Shown: positions 47,851-58,528, counted from the first letter of the stretch. The stretch: 64,000 bases of DNA from a virus (IMGVR_UViG_3300033075_001437:1-64000); one strand, 5' to 3'. Notes: generated by a model not told the origin, from the sequence alone. Program-made: numbers and translations.

Positions 47851-48541
47851 TTTTATATTGGTTCACTAAAGTATGATATAAGTTCCATTCATGTTCGTTT
47901 ATCGATTTGTTCCACAAATTTTCACCATTTCTCCACAGATAACAAGCTAAATATTCTCTAACCCACACAAATTTAGCTTGACCTTTATAGTAACATCTGG
48001 CCCACCATTCAGCATCTCCAAGTGCTTTAAAATCTTTATTAAAATATCCGTATTTTGTATGTAATTGGCTCTTCCATAATGGAAAATGGCCGACACCAGA
48101 CTTATCTAAATCACCACAATAATGTCCTGGGCTGCCTGTTCTGTCTGTTTCTTTCAATTCAGACCACTTTTGATTTTCTAAAGCAGTGACTAACCAGCTA
48201 GGATATGCAAAGTCACTATTATTCAGCTCTATAGTGGATATTAATTTCTCATAACAATTATTAGAAACAATATCATCGGTGTTCGCATTTGTCAGATATT
48301 TTGAATTCGATTCTTTAATAGCTATATTCCAAGCTTCATAAACCGACACACGATTGTCTAATTTTATATATTTAACATTATATCTCTTCGGTATGATATC
48401 ATCGTCAACGTCTGGGCTGTCAGCATTTACACATATTATATCCATATCACCTATAATTGACGATTGAAATAGATTGTGTAATCTATTATCTAACCATCTG
48501 CCAGAATTATATAACGAAATGATTGCTGTTAACGATTTCAT
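47843..48541 (-). CDS. GT2 glycosyltransferase
   Basis: IISLYN, AWNIAI, NANTDD, GYFN..F...GDAEWW. Confidence 0.88.
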   Translation of the reverse strand: MKSLTAIISLYNSGRWLDNRLHNLFQSSIIGDMDIICVNADSPDVDDDIIPKRYNVKYIKLDNRVSVYEAWNIAIKESNSKYLTNANTDDIVSNNCYEKLISTIELNNSDFAYPSWLVTALENQKWSELKETDRTGSPGHYCGDLDKSGVGHFPLWKSQLHTKYGYFNKDFKALGDAEWWARCYYKGQAKFVWVREYLACYLWRNGENLWNKSINEHEWNLYHTLVNQYKNA

Positions 48542-49454
48542 CTAGATACCATTTAATTGTTTGTCTTAAACCATCTCTCAAATTTGTCTTAGCTCTGAAA
48601 CCAAAATTGCTAAAAGACTTTGATACATCTAAGCATCGTTTTGGTTGACCGTCTGGTTTTGCACTATCATATAACACAGTCGTATTATAATCAATTTCTT
48701 CTAAAATTATTTCAAGCAAGTTTTTAATAGATATTTCATTTCCAGACCCTAAGTTTACAGGTTCTGAAGAATTATAATTACATAAAGCTAAATATAACCC
48801 TTCGGCAGCATCTTTAGCGTATAAAAATTCACGTGTCGCTGATCCTGTTCCCCAACATTCGACAGCTTCATTCATCTGTTTCGCTTTAATGCACTTTTTA
48901 ATCAAAGCTGGAATGACATGTGAAGTGTTTAAATCAAAATTATCATGCTTACCATACAGGTTAACTGGCAATATAAATATCGCATTAATATTATATTGTT
49001 TTCTATACGCTAACGTTCCAAAATATGAGTTTAATTTCGCAACCCCATAACTGGCATTAGATTCTTCTGGAAAACCATAATGCATTAAGTATTCTTCCTT
49101 GAATGGCGTTGGGCAAGAATGTGCGTATGAACACACTGTGCCAAGCATGAGTAATTTTTTCAATCCTGTTTTAACAGCAGCGTCTAATACGCAAGTCGAT
49201 ATTCTAGTTGTAGCTGACCATAAATCTGCTGGATTTGTTTTATTTAAACCTATTCCACCACATTGTGCAGCTAAATTTATGACAGCATCTATGTTATTGT
49301 TTTGTATCCATTTTACTAATTCTTTTGTATTTTGGGCATCAACGCCTGTGCGTCTGCTGCCAACTACATATTCGATATTATTTTCTTTAAAATATTCCGA
49401 TATATTTGTGCCTAAGAAACCAGTGCCGCCTAAAATGCCTATTTTATTGTACAT
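48507..49454 (-). CDS. fcl: GDP-L-fucose synthase (GDP-4-keto-6-deoxymannose epimerase/reductase)
   Basis: GGTGFLG, LAAQCGGIG, GTVCSY, YGVAK, PVNLYG..DNF..SHVIPALI, WGTGSATREFL, KPDGQP. Confidence 0.93.
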   Translation of the reverse strand: MYNKIGILGGTGFLGTNISEYFKENNIEYVVGSRRTGVDAQNTKELVKWIQNNNIDAVINLAAQCGGIGLNKTNPADLWSATTRISTCVLDAAVKTGLKKLLMLGTVCSYAHSCPTPFKEEYLMHYGFPEESNASYGVAKLNSYFGTLAYRKQYNINAIFILPVNLYGKHDNFDLNTSHVIPALIKKCIKAKQMNEAVECWGTGSATREFLYAKDAAEGLYLALCNYNSSEPVNLGSGNEISIKNLLEIILEEIDYNTTVLYDSAKPDGQPKRCLDVSKSFSNFGFRAKTNLRDGLRQTIKWYLDEIVNSNHFVI

Positions 49455-49464
49455 GCATTATGTA

Positions 49465-49731
49465 CTACTCACCAAGCTTTTTCAAAGCTTCATCCCGTTC
49501 TCTTCGCGTAGCCTCTAAATCAAATTGCAAATTTAACACTATCAACCTAATGTCTTCAATAGACATAGACACATATTGAGTGTAACCTAAAAATGCCATA
49601 TTATAATCATTTATAACATTGCAAACTATCTTGCACAATTTAAAAGCTTTGTCTTCGCATATATCAAGATCTTGACATGTTTTCAACAGTTCTAAAATTA
49701 TTTCATCGCACTTTTTGTTTAGATCATGCAT
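49465..49731 (-). CDS. Hypothetical coiled-coil protein
   Basis: LQFDLEATRRE. Confidence 0.6.
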   Translation of the reverse strand: MHDLNKKCDEIILELLKTCQDLDICEDKAFKLCKIVCNVINDYNMAFLGYTQYVSMSIEDIRLIVLNLQFDLEATRRERDEALKKLGE

Positions 49732-49744
49732 TAGATATGGCCAA

Positions 49745-50125
49745 CTACTTATTGTTTATCATATCTAAAACTTGAGGGCCAACTACATCCCAATTGACAT
49801 ATGGCCGCCCGCCCATCCTTGGGTTTTCACATATTGGGCAACCAAATGCAGCGTCATCTATATATAGATGAGCGTAACATTTCGGCGAAGTAGTCCATGT
49901 TGATTGTGAAGGATTATTATTATGACCGTCAAATTCAACACCATGTTTTTTACAAAACTCTATAGCATCGACTAAATAATCGCCATCGCGCATTGTCCAA
50001 AGAAAAAGCGAAGCACCAGCTTGCTTAAAGGCTTTTAACCATTCGAAAGCACCTGGAACTGGCTTGCCGATTTCTGGATAACAATGGTCAGCTATCGTTC
50101 CGTCAAAGTCTACAGCTATTAACAT
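49745..50125 (-). CDS. Capless HAD-family phosphatase
   Basis: IAVDFDGTI, LWTMR, K.YAHLYIDD. Confidence 0.85.
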   Translation of the reverse strand: MLIAVDFDGTIADHCYPEIGKPVPGAFEWLKAFKQAGASLFLWTMRDGDYLVDAIEFCKKHGVEFDGHNNNPSQSTWTTSPKCYAHLYIDDAAFGCPICENPRMGGRPYVNWDVVGPQVLDMINNK

Positions 50126-50143
50126 TTTTTACTCTCTAAATAA

Positions 50144-50215
50144 AGCCGACAATAGGACTTGACCTATAACCGGCTAATTACAAATTAGCTGCTCTACCAA
50201 TTGAGCTATGTTGGT
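50144..50215 (-). tRNA. tRNA-Thr(TGT), degenerate (possible pseudo-tRNA)
   Basis: D-arm GCTC/GAGC, anticodon arm GCTAA-TTTGTAA-TTAGC, T-arm ATAGG-TCAAGT-CCTAT (6-nt loop), acceptor ACCAACA/TGTCGGC with two A-C mismatches, no encoded CCA. Confidence 0.8.
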
Positions 50216-50221
50216 GTAATA

Positions 50222-50974
50222 CTATTGTTTTTCAAATCCGTCTTTTACTATTTTTTTACGTTCGACATCTAGGTCTTTAACAGAATACCATATCTTAGCC
50301 CTCTTAAAACCATCGATAACTGTATCAGCGATAAATTCATCAACATATAAACTAACTTGCTTTTTGCCAAGCAGACCATTATATGTGTTGAAACACAACT
50401 TTCTAGGGCAATCGCCAACAAATAACAAAATATGTGCTTTAACATCCGTATTTGGATGGTCAAACTTGATATTGCTTTTAGTATAAAGCTCGCAATTCGG
50501 CAAGACTTTTAATGACTCAAAATCTACTGCTATTCTATTTTGTGTGTCGTTTTTCACTGGTGCTTCCTTAATTTTTTCAGCTTTAATTACTGGCTTTTTA
50601 GCATCAATCGAAGCCGGTTTATTTCCAATCCAATATAATTCGTATGAATTACCGCAATTCGGACAAACAACGCTGTCAGGTCTGGTTATAGCAATAACGT
50701 TCTTACAATTAGAACATATAGCTTTAAAACCATTCGTCGATTCTATAGCGACTATTTTACCTCCAACATCGCTTGGCAATACACGCCTTTGATTTACCTT
50801 TTGGTGTTTATTCGTCCTAATATTATTTACCAAGACATGCCCTAAACGATCAGATTTAGTAAATCTTGAATCAGACACTATAGTATATGAATCATCTGAA
50901 ATCGTACCATTCGGATTTATAACCTTGTATATAAGATTAGAGTCAAATTCTAACCTGCCACCTAAATTAGCCAT
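50222..50974 (-). CDS. Hypothetical protein with zinc ribbon
   Basis: CSNC...CPNC. Confidence 0.7.
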   Translation of the reverse strand: MANLGGRLEFDSNLIYKVINPNGTISDDSYTIVSDSRFTKSDRLGHVLVNNIRTNKHQKVNQRRVLPSDVGGKIVAIESTNGFKAICSNCKNVIAITRPDSVVCPNCGNSYELYWIGNKPASIDAKKPVIKAEKIKEAPVKNDTQNRIAVDFESLKVLPNCELYTKSNIKFDHPNTDVKAHILLFVGDCPRKLCFNTYNGLLGKKQVSLYVDEFIADTVIDGFKRAKIWYSVKDLDVERKKIVKDGFEKQ

Positions 50975-51083
50975 GGAAAAACCCTCAGATAAAACACAAG
51001 ATATATCAAAATCTGTTACATGCGAAGATACAGAAGTTAAAAACGAAAAATACGTTGAATCAGATATCTATAAACCGTTCGAA

Positions 51084-51428
51084 TTAACTATTGACATATT
51101 CGCTGATACTATACCTAAAATCGCAAATATCACTTAAATCACTAGTTATAGGATATGCATCTATAACATAATTTTCAATAGTTTTATCTTCCAATAAAAT
51201 AGCTTTAAAAACGCTTTTTAAATCCTCAGGCTTCTTACAAACTTGAGAAACAATAGCTGTTGCTTCATTGTTATTTTGTAACTCAATTTTTCTAATATCA
51301 GCTAAAAATGTGGCTGCCTTACTAAAATTAGTAAAAATAGGTATAACAAATTCATTTCCAATCTTAATAGAAAAAATAGATTTAGAATAACCATAAGTTA
51401 AGATAGCAACTGGAAATCTAGTAATCAT
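51084..51428 (-). CDS. Hypothetical protein (SseB-like IPIFT motif)
   Basis: VIPIFTNFSKAATF. Confidence 0.55.
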   Translation of the reverse strand: MITRFPVAILTYGYSKSIFSIKIGNEFVIPIFTNFSKAATFLADIRKIELQNNNEATAIVSQVCKKPEDLKSVFKAILLEDKTIENYVIDAYPITSDLSDICDFRYSISEYVNS

Positions 51429-52054
51429 AATTCACCATTGTCAAAATTGTCAAAACCAATTTTCCAAAAACCAATACCCATACTATTGGCATACTTTTCA
51501 GCTTTAGCACCAATATCAGGCGCTGCTAAAATACCTACAACATCGCATATCTTCGAATACTCATCAACATATCTCTTAACTTGACTAACATGAGGTGTAC
51601 TAACTTTTGTCCGTTTAACTTCAATAATATATGTGTTAATATTAGTAAAAACCAAAATATCAACCTTACCTACACCAACATCTACTTCAGTGCACACATC
51701 GATTATATCATATTTAATATAGCTAGTTATATTCCTAACAATTTTATTGACAAGATCACGCTCAGTATTGATTATTACAGGTGATTCATTACCCAACAAT
51801 ACATCATTGATCCAATATAATTCATTATAATTAATACATAACTCCTCATTGTTTTTAGCAGCTTTAATATGTTTATCATTATGCATAATATTAGCACCAG
51901 CAGATAAATAATTAATAGGAGGTGTTAATAAACCATTATGCACCGCTATAGAATTATCATCCTTAATGAAAATAATAAGATTAGTGTTATCTATAAAGCT
52001 ATTAGCTCTACCATCATATTTAACAGAACAATTTGCATAGATCACTTTAGCCAT
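51425..52054 (-). CDS. nucS: Mismatch-specific endonuclease NucS/EndoMS-like
   Basis: ANCSVKYDGRA, IKDDNSIAVH, PINY N-domain; ERDL, GKVDIL, IEVKR, VSQVKRY, GILAAP nuclease domain. Confidence 0.88.
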   Translation of the reverse strand: MAKVIYANCSVKYDGRANSFIDNTNLIIFIKDDNSIAVHNGLLTPPINYLSAGANIMHNDKHIKAAKNNEELCINYNELYWINDVLLGNESPVIINTERDLVNKIVRNITSYIKYDIIDVCTEVDVGVGKVDILVFTNINTYIIEVKRTKVSTPHVSQVKRYVDEYSKICDVVGILAAPDIGAKAEKYANSMGIGFWKIGFDNFDNGEL

Positions 52055-52057
52055 CAA

Positions 52058-55000
52058 CTAATTACCAGATCTGCGACTCGGTAAAATATTGCTACTGCCT
52101 TTTAAATAATTAGTAGCTTTATTCAAATTAACACCTTTCTGTAATAGCACGACGCTATCGCCATTTTTCATTAAATAATTATAATCTATCTCAGTTAGAA
52201 CACCAGTAGTGTAATCTCTAAGAAATGGTGTGTAAAATTCAATATTAACACTTTTATATCTTGCAGCACTTTTAACAGTAGTGTTATTGTTCTTAGGATC
52301 AAACAAATCACGCTTCACATTTAAAACTTTAGAAACATTAGCACTGTCAGACAATGGAACTTTTGGAAGTATGACAGGAGTTTCACCATCTAATTTGTCA
52401 TAAACATTATAATTATAAGGACCGCCATCAACATGGCCCAAATTATTACATATTAAATTGCTATAATCAACTGTAAATTCTACATCAACACTAAATTCTA
52501 AATAGAAAGGATTTACACCAGTTAATGTGAAATTACCATATAAATCAGGTATTTCATATAGCCTACTTCTGATATAATCAGCTGGCGAATTGTATGGTAT
52601 ACTCTTAATATACGTATTATTGTTAAAGTTAATAATAATATCATAACTACCAGATGTAGCATTAATAACAGTATATTTAAATTTTCTATTATAAATATCA
52701 CTTTGATTGCTAGACGATTTACAATTGTTTATAACATTTCGATATCTCTTAAATCCATTAGACCGATAAACAGAACCGTCTATAACTTGAATTTCATCGC
52801 AATCATAATTTGAAGATAAGATAGCTGACAAAATATTGGTAGCGCCAGTTGTAGCATTGATTAATGTAGACGACATATAAAGCCGTTTGTTAATATAATC
52901 AACACTTATAAATGACGACGAAGAATAACACGAAGAATTAGTTAAAACATAATCATTATGAACATTATATGGGTAACTGCTAATATTAGGCTTTAAACCT
53001 TGCTTTAATAATTCTACAGCATTAGAACCATCTGTATTAATTCTTAATAACATATTTAACTTGGGAGCCGCTGAGATGTCGATAGGGCTTTGAGTATATT
53101 GATTAATTACAGCAGACTCGTATGTATTAGGGTATGGGGCACTAGTGCAAAAAATAATGCCATCATGCTTATCAATATCTATAGCTAGTAACCTTGAGGA
53201 TGACTTATACAAAATTGTCTCATCTAATGTGTCCATATTTATTTTTATAACATATGAGGATATATTATCAATTTGATCCTCTAATAGTGATTGAGATATA
53301 GCATATATGCAATTGTCAAATTCATTATAAACAAACGATGACGGAGATTGTCTTATAGAAGTATCTCCTAATTTAGAATATGTATTGTCATTCATATTTA
53401 ATCGATATAAACCATATGATAAAACACCAAGACCTACATCGATTAAAGAAGCGAGAAAAAATATTCTATTATTCAGATTGTCAATTGTAAAATTTGAAAT
53501 ATAATTAAAATCACTATTACTTGACAATACTTTCGATGAACTACTATTAGATAGAGATATCTCATATAGTTCAGATGGGCTATTAACTATGTCGCTAATA
53601 TTATTGATGTCAGGCAAATACGGGCTTTTTAGAACGTATAGTTTATTAGTATTAACATTAATGTTCAAAACATCATACATATGGTTATTAACAGCATGAT
53701 CTTCAAACATTGTTTTTTCAACTAAATTAGCAACAGAATTCTTATGTATAATCTTATAATCATCCTCAGCAAAATCCATTTCGCTTATGCTGTTGTATGT
53801 TATTGCAGTATTCGCTGCCGTAAATGTTAAGACGCCATCTATAAAACCTGTATTGCCAGAAACAAATGTGTAATATAAACTATCAGCTTGAACACCGCCA
53901 TCGACAGTTATCTCAGCAGGTACTCCAAAATTCTCGACAACCACTGAAGCAGAACACGTTTCTTTATTAACAGCATTGCCTGATAATGAAACGTTTAAAC
54001 CAATACTACCAGACAAAATGTTGGTTATATTGTCACCATCATTAGACGAACATTTGTCCAAACCACTAATAGGCGTGCTTAATAAAAATTTAGTCTCTAA
54101 CCATCTTGCCATATTTGGCGTTCGTCCATATCTGTCATCATATACTTCTGACAGATCTATATCAGCTTTTAGACTTTTAGATATATTATTAACACCATTG
54201 TATCTTTCGTAATCTAACGTAACATTTATATAATCAGCTGAATCGCCATCACATAAATGATCTTCATAATCGCCTTCATATCTCATACCCAAGATCAATG
54301 AAATACTCTCTACTATAACATCTTCGGCGATATTACCTAAATTATTATAATAATACTCAAGATATTGTTTACTAGGTGATCTCATTAAGACCCACGCTTC
54401 AATTTCACCATTTGTTTGAGAATTCGCAGTATTAAGTGTCACTTGATCGTCATATGATGGAAAATCTATTGCCAATTCATCGTTAATTGCATTAACGCTT
54501 TTAGAAACATTCGGCGAGCATATTACATAAGAATGTTGATACTTGTTATTATTAAAATCAAAACCATCTCCATTCTGCAAATTTTGATATAAAACAAACG
54601 AACCACCATTCTCAAAAGTTCTTTTAAGATTATGGTTTAAAGCGTTATACTTGAATATAACGTCACGATTATCCTGCTTTCTGTAAGCATATGTGGCTGA
54701 AATGTCTGTTTCAGAAGATGAAATCGGATGTGCAGTACCGCCTACAATCCAATTGCTACACGTACCACCAGTATGTCTTAAACCTTTAGGAACTTGATCT
54801 ATATTAACATATTCGAATGCATATTTTGATCTAACTTCACTTTTAACTCTAAGTCTATATCTAAGCATTGCGCCTACTATTTTAATCTTTCTATCAGGAA
54901 CACCATTGAATTTCATTTTAATAGAAGGATTTATAATGCTATTGCATAAATCATACTTTATCAAATTATTGTCACTTTCGCAACATTCTATTTTAGAAAT

Positions 55001-58000
55001 AACTAAAGCTGCATTTTCACTAATCTCTATCCTTATCTTTATAATCCCATCAGAATCTGTTCTAGTGTTTATAGATATCGACCCATTTGATGAATAATTG
55101 CCTATGATATTATCATTTATTTTAACTGCAAAATAAAGATCAGTTAATTTTCTAAAAATATCTATTTTAGATAATTCGGCTACATAGATTATAATTTTTA
55201 CATCAGAATCAGGTTTAAGTCCTGTAAAATAACTTTCAGCATATAAAAATTTGTCACATAATAATGGAGAAATAAGTGGTGCGCACCTTGAACTAGATTG
55301 CAGTATTAACCCATTTGGTGTCCCAAGACCACCACTTTCTAAAGCGATAAACTTATCAAAACTAAAATTATTTATATGCGAATTATCACAGCTATAAGTA
55401 TTCGATATTGAGCATAGTGTCATGCTAGAAATATCAAATGTAAAATCGATTGGGTCAGACAATTCGATTTTCAATTCGATCATAATATCAAACGATTTAA
55501 GTTTATTGCCAAATTCGTCTAACCTATCACTTTCTATAAATGGATAATTAATATCATCAAATTTAAATCTTACAGGAACTTTAGAGCCACTAGTTATGTT
55601 GCTGAAGCTTTTAAACAATGACCAATCATAATTGCCATTGCTAACTTTATTTGGAATATAAATATTAACAGTAAATGATACATGATCACTTTTTGTATAA
55701 AACATAGACAGATAATATTCGAAATTATTTATAACCCATGCTTTTCTATATAAAGTGACGTTCGAATTGCCAGTTATAACTCTGTCTTCACTATCAAAAT
55801 ATAATGCGACATCGCCAACAGAAAATTGCGATGCCGCTATAAAGCTACCAACATATATCGCATAACTCACACTAGCTGAAACATCATTATTTAGTAAGGC
55901 TATCGAATGAATAAGATACTCCCACCCATTTTGCCTAGTATATGATTTATATGTATATGTGGTATTATTGTACGATAAATGGCTCAAAGATGAATCAACA
56001 TCTGCATAATCAGCATTATATGGTATACCAACGCTCGAACCAAATAAACCATTAGCATCAGAAGAAACTAACCTTAAAGTAAATGTCCCATAATTAGGAT
56101 TTTTATTAACTGTAACTTTTTGAAGACCACTATAACTACCGCCAAGCTGCACAACACCATCTTTTGCATACATATATGCAGCATAATCAAAATAATCAGT
56201 GCTAGATGAATAATTATCTAAATCTTGTTGATCGCTTATGCTTAATGGCACTGAATTATCATATATGACATTGATCGACCTATTAGTCCATTTACTTATC
56301 TTTAAGTATTTATTAGTTCCACATATACTAATAGGACATAATTTATATCCAAGCCTATTCAATGTCAATGATGTGTCTTGGTTCGCAAACCTACCTCTTG
56401 TTTCGATTTCAAAATAATTATAATCTTTAAATGACATATATCTAACATTGCCTGTCCCTAAACTATTCATAATCCATAGTCTTAAAGTTATCTCGCTATC
56501 AATATTTGTTTCTAAAACATCTGGTGAATAACTTATGAGCAATCTACTATAATCATATACAATATTAGAATAATCGACAGCATTATAATCCATACCTACA
56601 TGAACAAAATAATAAGGCGCATCACTTACTGTATACTTAAATGTCGAATTTATTATAGATACAGTATGGTCATTGTCGTCTAAAAATTCTATGATAAATG
56701 ATTGATACGATAATAAATGGATTTTGAAATTATTAATAAGAGATGGGTCTATATTATTTATAGCTTCTTTAAAATATAATGAATCAAAAGCAAAATATCT
56801 AGTGTTAACAACAGCTGTTGTCGTAAAATTGTCTATTTTTATTTCAATATCACCTGAATCAGCATGCTCATGATTTATAAGCCATGCGCATTTATAGCTA
56901 CCGCCTAGCTGTTTTAAACCTATAGAATTATAATTGTTAACAGTATTTATAGCTGATATATCTCCATTAACAGTGCCTTCGTCCCAACCATGGTGTTCAA
57001 TTCTTACCCAATATGGTCTTGGTGTTTGCTGTTCTATAAATGGAGAATCGTATAATATTTCATTCAACTTCATCCTCATATCTTGTTCAGCATATATCCC
57101 TGTGAATTCTATTTCGAAATACTCATAACCATCATGTGTATATCTATTTGCTATGGTGTTTCCAGAGCCTAAAACATCATCAAGAGCTGTTTGCAAATCA
57201 ATTGTAGTCCAACCAGAATTTAAAACCATAAATTCTGTGATATTATCATATGGAGAACTAACATAATTGCTTGAAAATGGCTTATCTCTATCCAATGTCA
57301 TAGCTAGCCTTAATGTTGGTTCTTCTATTATATAATTTATATCTTTTTGGGGTATTCTAGCATTTCTTTTTGGGTTATTATATGTTGTCCATATAAATTT
57401 ACTATTATATGTCCCGCCATTATTTAATTTTTCTACTGTTATTTTGCTATTTTTTATATCTCCTATTCTGCCGACATCGTCATAGTTCAAAACGTATCCA
57501 AATTTAGTATTTCTATTACCATGTCTTATTATTGTCTTAACTGTAACATCATTCGCAGATGTTGTACTGTCAGTATTAGTATACCTTGGAAATAAATTAG
57601 GTTTAACAAGGCTCCAATCTCTATCAGCTGTTGTTAGTTGTAATGATCCGATACTTTCATTATCGCTATATAATAATTCATAACCATGTTCAGAATTAGA
57701 ACAAATCACTCTAGTTTGAGTTAACTTTACATCATCTATTGTTATTAATTTGTCAGTATGATAATTATATGGGTTATTTGTGACATTGCCAAGATTTGAC
57801 AATGTTATTTTTAACGTGCCATTAGATGTTAAATATTCTGTAACTGTATCATTAAATTCTAAAGGGTTCGCAATTTGATCAGTTATGCCATAATCAGTGC
57901 TTATCTTATAAATTTTATCTATAATAGACGGATTAGATGCACTTGATATGTTTAATCTTATTCTGCCTATATTATTACCTGTAAAATTATTATAATTTAG

Positions 58001-58528
58001 AACTTTGAAAGTAAATTTTAATTCATATCCAGGCTCTGTTGAGACAGTTGTAGATAAATCTCCATTGACATATATATCAACATTTTTATTAGTTTCATTA
58101 TGTTTTATACCAGGGCCATAATATACCTCATCTAAATACTCTTTATTTATTATATTATATGTCCAATTTTGAAGATTTTCAAATTCACCATTTATAAGAT
58201 TATCAGTTAAAACTGTTTGTTTTATTATTCTTTCTGGTGTTATAGAATCAACAGCTATATTTAACTTTTCATTTGTAAATTTTTGAGACTGTATGCTAGT
58301 TGTATCAACCGTATTTTTAGATTTAAATTTTGGATATTCAGAGTAAATTTTATTATGAGCAACTTCATAAACAGAATTTTCTACTGGTCTTCCTTGATCG
58401 CATTCAAGACCACCATTACCGTCTTGTCTGCAAGTCGCTTTGATTGTTTTTGTAGTTTCTTCATCTATCACAATGAGTTCTACAAATGAAGTCTCTGAGA
58501 CGTTTTGATTTATTTTTCCAATTTCCAT
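52058..58528 (-). CDS. Very large virion structural / tail fibre-like protein (2156 aa)
   Basis: N/S/Y/D-rich beta composition, repeated GTFTL...IPYNA-type modules, beta-propeller-like region; TATAAATA upstream. Confidence 0.6.
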   Translation of the reverse strand: MEIGKINQNVSETSFVELIVIDEETTKTIKATCRQDGNGGLECDQGRPVENSVYEVAHNKIYSEYPKFKSKNTVDTTSIQSQKFTNEKLNIAVDSITPERIIKQTVLTDNLINGEFENLQNWTYNIINKEYLDEVYYGPGIKHNETNKNVDIYVNGDLSTTVSTEPGYELKFTFKVLNYNNFTGNNIGRIRLNISSASNPSIIDKIYKISTDYGITDQIANPLEFNDTVTEYLTSNGTLKITLSNLGNVTNNPYNYHTDKLITIDDVKLTQTRVICSNSEHGYELLYSDNESIGSLQLTTADRDWSLVKPNLFPRYTNTDSTTSANDVTVKTIIRHGNRNTKFGYVLNYDDVGRIGDIKNSKITVEKLNNGGTYNSKFIWTTYNNPKRNARIPQKDINYIIEEPTLRLAMTLDRDKPFSSNYVSSPYDNITEFMVLNSGWTTIDLQTALDDVLGSGNTIANRYTHDGYEYFEIEFTGIYAEQDMRMKLNEILYDSPFIEQQTPRPYWVRIEHHGWDEGTVNGDISAINTVNNYNSIGLKQLGGSYKCAWLINHEHADSGDIEIKIDNFTTTAVVNTRYFAFDSLYFKEAINNIDPSLINNFKIHLLSYQSFIIEFLDDNDHTVSIINSTFKYTVSDAPYYFVHVGMDYNAVDYSNIVYDYSRLLISYSPDVLETNIDSEITLRLWIMNSLGTGNVRYMSFKDYNYFEIETRGRFANQDTSLTLNRLGYKLCPISICGTNKYLKISKWTNRSINVIYDNSVPLSISDQQDLDNYSSSTDYFDYAAYMYAKDGVVQLGGSYSGLQKVTVNKNPNYGTFTLRLVSSDANGLFGSSVGIPYNADYADVDSSLSHLSYNNTTYTYKSYTRQNGWEYLIHSIALLNNDVSASVSYAIYVGSFIAASQFSVGDVALYFDSEDRVITGNSNVTLYRKAWVINNFEYYLSMFYTKSDHVSFTVNIYIPNKVSNGNYDWSLFKSFSNITSGSKVPVRFKFDDINYPFIESDRLDEFGNKLKSFDIMIELKIELSDPIDFTFDISSMTLCSISNTYSCDNSHINNFSFDKFIALESGGLGTPNGLILQSSSRCAPLISPLLCDKFLYAESYFTGLKPDSDVKIIIYVAELSKIDIFRKLTDLYFAVKINDNIIGNYSSNGSISINTRTDSDGIIKIRIEISENAALVISKIECCESDNNLIKYDLCNSIINPSIKMKFNGVPDRKIKIVGAMLRYRLRVKSEVRSKYAFEYVNIDQVPKGLRHTGGTCSNWIVGGTAHPISSSETDISATYAYRKQDNRDVIFKYNALNHNLKRTFENGGSFVLYQNLQNGDGFDFNNNKYQHSYVICSPNVSKSVNAINDELAIDFPSYDDQVTLNTANSQTNGEIEAWVLMRSPSKQYLEYYYNNLGNIAEDVIVESISLILGMRYEGDYEDHLCDGDSADYINVTLDYERYNGVNNISKSLKADIDLSEVYDDRYGRTPNMARWLETKFLLSTPISGLDKCSSNDGDNITNILSGSIGLNVSLSGNAVNKETCSASVVVENFGVPAEITVDGGVQADSLYYTFVSGNTGFIDGVLTFTAANTAITYNSISEMDFAEDDYKIIHKNSVANLVEKTMFEDHAVNNHMYDVLNINVNTNKLYVLKSPYLPDINNISDIVNSPSELYEISLSNSSSSKVLSSNSDFNYISNFTIDNLNNRIFFLASLIDVGLGVLSYGLYRLNMNDNTYSKLGDTSIRQSPSSFVYNEFDNCIYAISQSLLEDQIDNISSYVIKINMDTLDETILYKSSSRLLAIDIDKHDGIIFCTSAPYPNTYESAVINQYTQSPIDISAAPKLNMLLRINTDGSNAVELLKQGLKPNISSYPYNVHNDYVLTNSSCYSSSSFISVDYINKRLYMSSTLINATTGATNILSAILSSNYDCDEIQVIDGSVYRSNGFKRYRNVINNCKSSSNQSDIYNRKFKYTVINATSGSYDIIINFNNNTYIKSIPYNSPADYIRSRLYEIPDLYGNFTLTGVNPFYLEFSVDVEFTVDYSNLICNNLGHVDGGPYNYNVYDKLDGETPVILPKVPLSDSANVSKVLNVKRDLFDPKNNNTTVKSAARYKSVNIEFYTPFLRDYTTGVLTEIDYNYLMKNGDSVVLLQKGVNLNKATNYLKGSSNILPSRRSGN

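Noticed and set aside
50973-51137. + strand 54-aa ORF sharing a CCATGG with the start of 50222..50974
   Set aside because: Head-to-head overlap, no RBS, overlaps the next minus gene; region is better explained as the leader of the minus-strand operon
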